Of a stretch of DNA of 52,483 nucleotides, positions 45,055 to 52,483 are shown in pieces; the stretch's first letter is position 1; every line of letters begins with the position of its first letter. The notes beneath the pieces were generated by a model. It searched no databases. It saw only the letters and a program-made list of their open reading frames with translations, and had not been told where the DNA came from. The DNA is from a virus (taxonomy: Duplodnaviria; Caudoviricetes), in IMG/VR virus record IMGVR_UViG_3300032233_000380, positions 1-52,483 of that record. One strand, given 5' to 3'. Made by a program: the position numbers and the translations under genes.

Positions 45055-45324
45055 TTACTCGTACAAAATGTAATGTTTACCATCGGCATCTACATGTTCT
45101 GTGTATTTGCCTTGGTCAGTGCGTTCAATCCACACTGCACCAACTACATTAGGAAACCACTCGTTAAAGTATTTCCTTTCATCCATCGACCTACACCACA
45201 CACGCCCCGTACTACTTGGCTTGTGTGGCTCTACTATGTTTTCAATATAGTAGGGGTGATTATTAACATGAACTACATCACCAATCAATACTGGTTGATT
45301 GTTTACCTCATAGACTAACTTCAT
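45055..45324 (-). CDS. Early hypothetical protein (89 aa)
   Basis: AACAGGGAGGT RBS before ATG 45324; PHKPSSTGRV motif. Confidence 0.7.
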   Translation of the reverse strand: MKLVYEVNNQPVLIGDVVHVNNHPYYIENIVEPHKPSSTGRVWCRSMDERKYFNEWFPNVVGAVWIERTDQGKYTEHVDADGKHYILYE

Positions 45325-45337
45325 AATTACCTCCCTG

Positions 45338-45610
45338 TTAAAAGTTGTCATTAAAGAACTTCACTCTGTCACGAGCGTTCCTACATGCTTCACCATCAAA
45401 CACACCTGCTTCACCTGTTGCAAGCAATCGCAAAAATACTTTGCCATCAGGTAATTCTTTTATGTATAAGCCATTCTCACACCACCTATACAATAGAGTG
45501 AGTACGCCATTCTTTACTTCTGTGCCACACTGCTCTGCCCAGTCTGCGCCATCTGCTACCAACTCTCTGCTAGTTACTTCTGCTTCCCATGCTAAGTCTG
45601 CATAACTCAT
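45338..45610 (-). CDS. Early hypothetical protein (90 aa), first gene of the leftward unit
   Basis: AACAGGGAG RBS; directly downstream of a consensus promoter. Confidence 0.7.
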   Translation of the reverse strand: MSYADLAWEAEVTSRELVADGADWAEQCGTEVKNGVLTLLYRWCENGLYIKELPDGKVFLRLLATGEAGVFDGEACRNARDRVKFFNDNF

Positions 45611-45649
45611 ATCAATACTCCCTGTTAATAAGTTGAGCCAATCTCAACC

Positions 45650-45687
45650 CATGACTAAATTGTATCTCTACCCATGGGATATGTCAA
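45650..45687 (-). promoter_or_regulatory. Sigma-70 early promoter TTGACA-N17-TACAAT followed by TTAGTCATG
   Basis: -35 at 45682-45687, -10 at 45659-45664. Confidence 0.88.
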
Positions 45688-45699
45688 GTAACGGGGCGC

Positions 45700-45970
45700 T
45701 ATCCCACCCACCCCCACCCCCCTAAATTGCTCAGATGGTACCTACGCCCCCCATACCCCATAACCTACACAAATAACTCCACGTTTTTCCCAATCACCCC
45801 CCACTTCATCTAAACAACCCTTTACCCACATTTTTAAAATTGGCACCAGGACGTACCTAGCCTTAGCATCACCTAAGATACCCTCCCCCCACATATATTT
45901 ATCTAGTACCCCCCTTAATTAACACTAAAAGACTTTACATATATCTCATTTATAGAAACACCCCCCGTCA
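45700..45970. other. C-run-rich non-coding divergence region (candidate genome terminus/packaging region)
   Basis: Many C4-C7 runs on the + strand; lies between divergent early and late units, directly upstream of terS. Confidence 0.4.
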
Positions 45971-46053
45971 TCTTTTTTCAAGGTACTTGTTTCCTCTAAT
46001 ATTATTTTGTTGTACACTTCGAACATCTAGGGTTTTACGATGACCGAGAATAG

Positions 46054-46614
46054 ATGGAAAATATAATCATTCCTCACATAGAAGAGGACGTACCGCTTCC
46101 AGCCAACGCTACCGAAGCCTTCCCAGAGCTGTCTCCAAAAGAAGAGCTAGATGCACGAGCTAGGACAATTTCGCTCCTTGCCGAGTTAAACAACACCCCA
46201 CTTTCCCCTACTGCTGAACATGTGGCGCAAGCAACAGAAATTGCTACCCAGATGATGAATGACCCCAAGCTTAGACCTGAGTTTAAGAACTATCCTAATG
46301 AGACATTGGCTTATTTGGCGGGTATGGTGTCCCAAATGAACGTGCAGTTAGTCGATGACCTAGCTGAAATGAAGATGTATGTGATCAATAAGCTTCTTTA
46401 TGAGGTAGAACATGCCTCAAATGCCAAAGATCGGCTACGAGCCTTACGGGATTTGGGTGAAGTTGACGGAATTGACGCATTTAAGAAGCGTTCTGAGGTC
46501 ACAATGAAGGTGCAGAGCATCGAAGAGGTCGAAAAAGAGCTATTTGAGACGCTTTCTAGCTTAAAACACAAGGCAATTGACGTAGAAGCTAGAGAAATCA
46601 AGTCTAAAAAATGA
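46054..46614 (+). CDS. terS: Terminase small subunit (putative)
   Basis: Immediately upstream of and overlapping terL; helical, RLRALRDLGE motif. Confidence 0.6.
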   Translation: MENIIIPHIEEDVPLPANATEAFPELSPKEELDARARTISLLAELNNTPLSPTAEHVAQATEIATQMMNDPKLRPEFKNYPNETLAYLAGMVSQMNVQLVDDLAEMKMYVINKLLYEVEHASNAKDRLRALRDLGEVDGIDAFKKRSEVTMKVQSIEEVEKELFETLSSLKHKAIDVEAREIKSKK

Positions 46615-48137
46615 CACTTCAGCGTAAATTAACTAAAGAAGACATCGCAATACTTGAAAAAGCTGTGCCTGGTATGCCGCCAGACAAGAAAAGGCGTACT
46701 TTAAAACTAATTAAGACCTATAAAACCGAAACAGTACAAGAAGATGGCAAGGAAAACTTCCTTGATTTTATTGACCATGTATATCCAGGCTATAAAGTAG
46801 GTGAACACCATGCGAAATTGGCTCGAATCTTTGAAGATATCGCTGCAGGAAAGAAGAAGCGGGTTGTCGTCAACATTGCTCCGCGTCATGGGAAATCCGA
46901 ACTTATCTCCTATCTTGCACCCGCATGGTTTTTGGGTAAGTTCCCTCATAAGAAAGTTATTATGGCTTCGCATACGGCTGATCTTGCTGTCAATTTCGGT
47001 CGTAGAGTACGAAATCTTGTTGGTTCAGAGAGTTATAAAGACATATTTCCAGCGGTAGAACTACAAGCCGACAGTAAATCGGCGTCTAGATGGGGGACTA
47101 ACTACAATGGAGAATATTTTGCTATTGGTGTTGGCGGTGCTTTGGCTGGTCGTGGTGCAGATCTATTTATCATTGATGACCCTCACTCTGAGCAAGACGC
47201 TAAACAGGGTAGAGCTGACGTTTTTCTACCAGCTTGGGAGTGGTTTCAATCTGGTCCTATTCAGCGTCTTATGCCTGGCGGGGCTATTATTGTTGTGATG
47301 ACACGCTGGTCAAAGCTTGATTTGACGGGGCAGATTGTCAATCATATGGTCAAGAATGATGATGCAGAAGATTGGGAGATTGTAGATTTTCCAGCAATTC
47401 TACCTTCAGGTAGACCGCTTTGGCCCGAATTCTGGTCTCTTGAGGAATTATTAGCTAAGAAAACTTCTTTGGATGTGCGGTACTGGAATGCCCAGTATTT
47501 ACAACAACCTACCTCAGAAGAAGGCGCTTTAATTAAGCGGGAGTGGTGGCAGATCTGGGAAAAAGATGACCCGCCCATGTGTGAATTTGTCATTATGTCT
47601 TTAGACGCAGCTCAGGAGGCGAACAATCGTGCGGATTACAATGCGCTCACAACGTGGGGGGTGTTCTTCAACGAAGAAACGAACAATTACAACATCATCC
47701 TTCTCAATTCCATTAAAAAACGGTTGGAGTTCCCAGACCTCAAAAAGCTTGTACTTGAAGAGTATAAGGAGTGGGAACCAGATGCGTTTATGGTTGAAAA
47801 GAAGTCCAATGGGGCGGCTCTCTACCAGGAATTACGGCGCATGGGCGTACCAGTCGGGGAATTCACACCTGGCAAAGGTCAAGACAAAATCTCTCGCGTT
47901 AATGCTGTATCAGATTTGTTTTCGGCAGGGATTGTCTGGGCGCCAGAGCATAGGTGGGCGAAGGAAGTAATTGAGGAGTGCAACGATTTTCCTAGCGGAG
48001 CTAACGACGATTTTGTAGACTCAACAACATTAGCCTTATTACGCTTTAGGCAAGGTGGATTTATTCGTCTGCCCAGTGACGAACCAGAAGATGATTTTTT
48101 ATATAAATACGGCAGACGTAAAGCTGCGTATTACTAA
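46611..48137 (+). CDS. terL: Terminase large subunit
   Basis: Walker A APRHGKS, Walker B FIIDDP, VMTRW motif III, RNase H-like nuclease SLDAA...VEKK...DDFVDS. Confidence 0.95.
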   Translation: MTLQRKLTKEDIAILEKAVPGMPPDKKRRTLKLIKTYKTETVQEDGKENFLDFIDHVYPGYKVGEHHAKLARIFEDIAAGKKKRVVVNIAPRHGKSELISYLAPAWFLGKFPHKKVIMASHTADLAVNFGRRVRNLVGSESYKDIFPAVELQADSKSASRWGTNYNGEYFAIGVGGALAGRGADLFIIDDPHSEQDAKQGRADVFLPAWEWFQSGPIQRLMPGGAIIVVMTRWSKLDLTGQIVNHMVKNDDAEDWEIVDFPAILPSGRPLWPEFWSLEELLAKKTSLDVRYWNAQYLQQPTSEEGALIKREWWQIWEKDDPPMCEFVIMSLDAAQEANNRADYNALTTWGVFFNEETNNYNIILLNSIKKRLEFPDLKKLVLEEYKEWEPDAFMVEKKSNGAALYQELRRMGVPVGEFTPGKGQDKISRVNAVSDLFSAGIVWAPEHRWAKEVIEECNDFPSGANDDFVDSTTLALLRFRQGGFIRLPSDEPEDDFLYKYGRRKAAYY

Positions 48138-48146
48138 GGATAAATT

Positions 48147-50657
48147 ATGTCAATTGAAAAAAGTTTATACCAAGCCCCTGTCGGACTAGACTCTATTGTT
48201 GAAGAAGAGCCTCTTGAGATTGAGATTGTAGACCCAGAATCTGTAACCATCGGCATTGGCGGGATGGAGATTGAGATTGAACCTGCCGAACCTTCAGCAG
48301 AAGATTTTGACGCAAACCTTGCAGAATACATGAGCGAGGGAGACCTTACTGAGATTGCGGGCGATTTACTGGGTGACTTTGACGATGACATTTCGGCTCG
48401 TAAAGATTGGATTCAGACCTATGTAGACGGTCTTGAATTGTTGGGTATGAAGATTGAAGAACGAACAGAACCTTGGGAAGGTGCTTGTGGTGTATACCAC
48501 CCACTGCTTTCTGAGGCACTTGTAAAGTTTCAGTCTGAGACCATTATGGAGACATTCCCAGCCGCTGGTCCAGTTAAGACTGTAATTGTTGGTAAAGAAA
48601 CTCCTGAGATCAAAGACGCGGCTCAACGTGTTCAAGACGACATGAATTATCAGCTAACAGATGTGATGCAAGAATACCGACCTGAGCATGAAAGAATGAT
48701 ATGGGGCTTGGGTTTAGCGGGTAATGCGTTTAAGAAAGTGTATTACGACCCACACATGGAGCGTCAGGTATCCATGTTTATTCCAGCAGAAGACATCGTG
48801 GTTCCATACGGTGCTTCTAACCTACAGAGTTCCCCACGCGTGACCCATGTGATGCGTAAAACGGAGAACGAAGTCAAACGACTTCAGTTCGCAGGGTTCT
48901 ACCGTGATGTAGACCTTGAGACACCCAGTGGGGCTTTAGATGAAGTAGAAAAGAAAATTGCGGAGAAGATGGGCTTTAGAGCCACATCGGACGACCGTTA
49001 CAAACTTTTAGAAATGCACGTAGACCTTGACCTTCCAGGATACGAAGATAAAGAAGACGGAAAAGAGACAGGTATTGCATTACCTTACGTTGTGACGATT
49101 GAAAAAGGTACACAGAAGGTTTTGTCTATCCGCAGAAACTGGAGACCCGAAGATGAAACTAAACAAAAAAGGCAGCACTTTGTACATTATGGCTATGTGC
49201 CTGGCTTTGGTTTTTATTGCTTCGGGCTTATTCATTTGGTCGGCGCTTTTGCTAAGTCGGGTACTTCTCTTATCAGACAACTCGTTGATGCAGGAACCCT
49301 ATCGAATCTGCCAGGTGGCTTTAAGACCCGTGGACTGCGTGTTAAAGGCGACGACACCCCAATAAGCCCAGGAGAGTTCCGTGACGTTGATGTACCAAGC
49401 GGGGCAATCAAAGACAACTTAATGACCTTGCCATACAAGGAACCAAGCCAGGTTTTATATAGCTTACTTGGAACCATTGTTGAAGAAGGCAGACGCTTTG
49501 CATCGGCAGGGGATATGAAGGTTAGTGATATGAGCGCACAGGCTCCTGTGGGGACGACTCTAGCAATTTTGGAGAGAACCCTGAAGGTGATGAGTGCAGT
49601 TCAGTCAAGAATCCACTATTCGATGAAACAAGAGTTGCGGTTATTAAAGGAAATAATCCGTGACTACACACCTGACGAGTACAGCTATGTTCCAGAAGAG
49701 GGTACACCCAGAGCCAAGAAAGCGGACTATGACATGGTGGACGTTATTCCAGTCAGTGATCCTAATGCAGCTACGATGGCGCAGAAGATCGTACAGTACC
49801 AAGCAGTTCTCCAGTTGGCACAAGGGGCGCCGCAGATTTATAACCTGCCGCAGTTACACCGCCAGATGCTCGACGTCCTTGGCATCAGGAATGCGCAAAA
49901 ACTTATCCCGCTACAGGAAGACCAGAAACCGCGTGATCCGATTTCGGAGAACATGGATGCGTTGATTGGCAAACCTCTCAAAGCCTTTGCGTACCAAGAT
50001 CAAGATGCGCATTTAATGTCTCACAATAGCTTCTTGCAAGACCCCATGACACAGCAAATGATTGCTCAAAATCCGATGGGGCAGCAAATTGTAGCGGCAT
50101 TGCAGGCTCATATTGCGGAACATTTTGGCTTTAAATACCGTCAACAGATTGAGCAGCAAATCGGTGGACCCATACCGTACCTCAAGGATGATGAGGAGAC
50201 TCTACCCCAAGAGTACGAAATTCAGTTGTCTAGGTTGGTGGCTCAGGCTTCCCAGCAGTTGTTGGCACAGAATCAGGCTCAAGCTGCGCAACAACAAGCT
50301 CAGCAGCAAATGCAAGATCCGATTATCCAGATGCAGATGCAAGAACTTGAGCTTAAGGCGAAAGAACTTGAACGTAAGATGCAGAAGGATCAGACCGATG
50401 CAGCCCTACGGCAAGAGCAACTTGACATTGACCGTGAGCGAGTAATGATCCAAGGCGAGCTAGAAGGTACTAAGTTAGGTGCCAAGATTTCTAAGGAAAA
50501 AGATGAGCTAGACCGTAAAGAGCAGATAGAAGGTACTAAGATGGGTATTGATATGGCGCATAAAAAAGACCAGATTGATACCCAGAAAGGGCAAATAGCT
50601 GCACAGCTAATAGCGGCTCAGATGAATGCGGCTAAACAGAAAAAGGATAACAAATGA
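48147..50657 (+). CDS. Portal protein (P22-like, with long Gln-rich C-terminal barrel)
   Basis: Follows terL; 836 aa; FKKVYYD, GFGFY.FGLIH motifs; C-terminal coiled coil. Confidence 0.85.
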   Translation: MSIEKSLYQAPVGLDSIVEEEPLEIEIVDPESVTIGIGGMEIEIEPAEPSAEDFDANLAEYMSEGDLTEIAGDLLGDFDDDISARKDWIQTYVDGLELLGMKIEERTEPWEGACGVYHPLLSEALVKFQSETIMETFPAAGPVKTVIVGKETPEIKDAAQRVQDDMNYQLTDVMQEYRPEHERMIWGLGLAGNAFKKVYYDPHMERQVSMFIPAEDIVVPYGASNLQSSPRVTHVMRKTENEVKRLQFAGFYRDVDLETPSGALDEVEKKIAEKMGFRATSDDRYKLLEMHVDLDLPGYEDKEDGKETGIALPYVVTIEKGTQKVLSIRRNWRPEDETKQKRQHFVHYGYVPGFGFYCFGLIHLVGAFAKSGTSLIRQLVDAGTLSNLPGGFKTRGLRVKGDDTPISPGEFRDVDVPSGAIKDNLMTLPYKEPSQVLYSLLGTIVEEGRRFASAGDMKVSDMSAQAPVGTTLAILERTLKVMSAVQSRIHYSMKQELRLLKEIIRDYTPDEYSYVPEEGTPRAKKADYDMVDVIPVSDPNAATMAQKIVQYQAVLQLAQGAPQIYNLPQLHRQMLDVLGIRNAQKLIPLQEDQKPRDPISENMDALIGKPLKAFAYQDQDAHLMSHNSFLQDPMTQQMIAQNPMGQQIVAALQAHIAEHFGFKYRQQIEQQIGGPIPYLKDDEETLPQEYEIQLSRLVAQASQQLLAQNQAQAAQQQAQQQMQDPIIQMQMQELELKAKELERKMQKDQTDAALRQEQLDIDRERVMIQGELEGTKLGAKISKEKDELDRKEQIEGTKMGIDMAHKKDQIDTQKGQIAAQLIAAQMNAAKQKKDNK

Positions 50658-50839
50658 CAGGATTAGAACTTTTAGTTAAACAATTAGACGAAAAGATAGA
50701 GCAATTAAAAGAATCGGTAGTTGTAGGTAATTTAGATCACGTTCAGTATCAAAAACTTTGTGGAGAGATTAGAGGTCTGCTTACCGCAAGGGGTTACGTA
50801 TTAGACCTCAAAGACAAACTGGAGAATACGGATGAGTGA
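50654..50839 (+). CDS. Hypothetical protein (61 aa)
   Basis: AAGGA RBS; YQKLCGEIRGL motif; lies between portal and GroES-like gene. Confidence 0.7.
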   Translation: MTGLELLVKQLDEKIEQLKESVVVGNLDHVQYQKLCGEIRGLLTARGYVLDLKDKLENTDE

Positions 50840-51236
50840 AACGCTAGACTTAAATAAGGCGGTGGATTTGGCGCAGCTGCTTGATAAGTCAAATGAAGAA
50901 AAAGCAACACAACTACCTAAACCTTCTGGATACCGCATTTTATGTGCTATTCCTGAAGTGGAAAAGGAACATGATGGTGGGATTCTAAAAGCAGACGAGA
51001 CCCTACGATATGACGAACTTTTGACAACGGTGTTGTTTGTAGTAGATCTAGGTCTAGATTGCTATAAAGACCCAGCAAGGTTCCCAACGGGAGCTTGGTG
51101 TAAAAAGGGTGATTTTGTCCTTGTAAGACCAAATGCTGGTACTCGACTAGTGATTCATGGACGGGAGTTTCGCATCATCAATGATGATTCCGTAGAAGGT
51201 GTAGTTGACGATCCTCGTGGCATTAAACGTAAATAA
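50832..51236 (+). CDS. groES: GroES/Cpn10-like co-chaperonin
   Basis: PSGYRIL, GGIL mobile loop, KKGDFVL, EFRIINDDSVEGVV. Confidence 0.75.
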   Translation: MSETLDLNKAVDLAQLLDKSNEEKATQLPKPSGYRILCAIPEVEKEHDGGILKADETLRYDELLTTVLFVVDLGLDCYKDPARFPTGAWCKKGDFVLVRPNAGTRLVIHGREFRIINDDSVEGVVDDPRGIKRK

Positions 51237-51248
51237 GGAGTAGACGAT

Positions 51249-52235
51249 ATGGAAAACTATAAGTTTCCCGATGAAATAGATGAAGTAAAAGATGAGGGTA
51301 AACCCGTAGAAGAGGAAGTAGAAGCTAAGGGTAAACCCGAAGAGGAAAAACTTGAAATTGAGATTGAAGACGACACCCCTGTCGAAGATAGAGGACGTAG
51401 AGCTTCAAAACCTGATTTTGTTGAAAAGATTGAAAAAGACGAATTAGACCAATATTCCCAAGAAGCACGAAGCAAAATTGATGCTTTTAGGAAGTTTTAC
51501 CACGATGAGCGTAGAGAAAAAGAAAGGGCGCTGCGGGAGCAACAAGAAGCAGTAACCCTAGCTAAAAACCTTTACGAAGAGATAAAACAGCTTAAAGGCA
51601 GGGTCAATTCTAGTGATGAAGCGGCAGTTAACTCCTTTAAAACGAGTGCTGAGCAAGAACTAGCAATGGCTAAGAAGGAATATAGAGAAGCCTATGATGC
51701 TGGAGATTCGGAAAAATTAGTCGAAGCACAGGATAAATTAACCTCTGCCAAGATGAAAATTGAGAAGGCTTCTAGCTACGCTGAAAATATAAATCAACGA
51801 AGGGCTTTACAAGAGCAAGAAAATGAAGTAAAAATACCTCAACAGACGGAAGCAGCGCCTGTCCGTGACCAAAAAGCTTCGGCTTGGCAAGAGCGTAACT
51901 CTTGGTTTGGTCAAGATGACGAAATGACAAGCCTAGCCTTAGGGCTTCACGAGAAGCTTGTCAAAGAAAACGGACTAGCATATGCGACCACTGACGAGTA
52001 CTACAAGCGCATAGATGAAACTATGCGTAGGCGTTTTCCTGAAAATTTTCAGGATGAAAAAGTTGACGATGAAAAGGTCGCGGCTCGCGTAAAACCGAGT
52101 ACAGTTGTTGCCCCTGCGAGTAGAAGTACCTCTTCGAAGAAGATAAGATTGAATACGTCACAGTTATCTATCGCGAAGAAGTTAGGACTAACCCCAGAGC
52201 AATACGCCCGTGAACTTATGAAAATGGAGGCCTAA
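51249..52235 (+). CDS. Putative capsid scaffolding protein
   Basis: AAGGAG RBS; acidic N-terminus, long coiled coil, WQERNSWFG, C-terminal AKKLGLTPEQYA. Confidence 0.65.
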   Translation: MENYKFPDEIDEVKDEGKPVEEEVEAKGKPEEEKLEIEIEDDTPVEDRGRRASKPDFVEKIEKDELDQYSQEARSKIDAFRKFYHDERREKERALREQQEAVTLAKNLYEEIKQLKGRVNSSDEAAVNSFKTSAEQELAMAKKEYREAYDAGDSEKLVEAQDKLTSAKMKIEKASSYAENINQRRALQEQENEVKIPQQTEAAPVRDQKASAWQERNSWFGQDDEMTSLALGLHEKLVKENGLAYATTDEYYKRIDETMRRRFPENFQDEKVDDEKVAARVKPSTVVAPASRSTSSKKIRLNTSQLSIAKKLGLTPEQYARELMKMEA

Positions 52236-52236
52236 T

Positions 52237-52483
52237 ATGGCTAACAACAGATTGACCCGTGAAGTAGATACCCGTGTAACAAGTGAACGTCCTAAGCAGT
52301 GGGCGCCAGCAGAATTACTCCCTGAGCCAGATAAACAGGCTGGGTATACGTATCGTTGGATTCGTACTTCTACGTTGAATCAGGCTGATCCTCGTAATCT
52401 CTCTGGAAAACTCAGAGAAGGATGCGAGCCTGTGGCGTTGGAAGAACAACCCAAGTTTCAACTGCTAGTTGATCCCAATAGTC
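52237..52483 (+). CDS. Head-module protein, 3' truncated (MANNRLTREVDTR...YRWIR...)
   Basis: GGAGG RBS; frame open to the window end. Confidence 0.65.
   Translation, partial: MANNRLTREVDTRVTSERPKQWAPAELLPEPDKQAGYTYRWIRTSTLNQADPRNLSGKLREGCEPVALEEQPKFQLLVDPNS

Overview
This window is most of the genome of a tailed dsDNA bacteriophage with podovirus-like organisation. No integrase, tRNA, rRNA or CRISPR array was seen. Plus strand 1-22.8 kb: head-completion and tail genes, a large Gly-rich/ConA-LamG tail fibre broken by one in-frame TGA, a holin-like gene and GH24 endolysin, a tail stabilisation protein and four internal (ejection) proteins, one with a lytic transglycosylase and one of 1940 aa with a zincin motif. 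Minus strand 22.8-34.6 kb: replication module (primase-DUF927-type helicase, SSB-like protein, SNF2 helicase, HNH-like protein, Cas4-like exonuclease, family A DNA polymerase, DUF3310, VRR-NUC). Minus strand 34.6-45.6 kb: early/accessory genes including a DUF3150-like + MoxR AAA+ + vWA/metallopeptidase trio, an origin-like region and repeated promoter-gene-terminator cassettes. Plus strand 46-52.5 kb: terminase, portal, GroES-like protein and scaffold. The major capsid gene lies outside the window. The most striking observation is that 11 minus-strand early genes share an extended ribosome-binding motif, ACAGGGAG (AACAGGGAG in 9 of them). A roughly 160-nt pseudoknotted intergenic element between the HNH-like gene and the SNF2 helicase carries the exact complement (up to 13 nt) centred on a hairpin loop. 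This suggests a phage-encoded trans-acting RNA that targets early-gene RBSs. Family assignments come from motif recognition by eye, not database searches, and RNA folds were made by hand.
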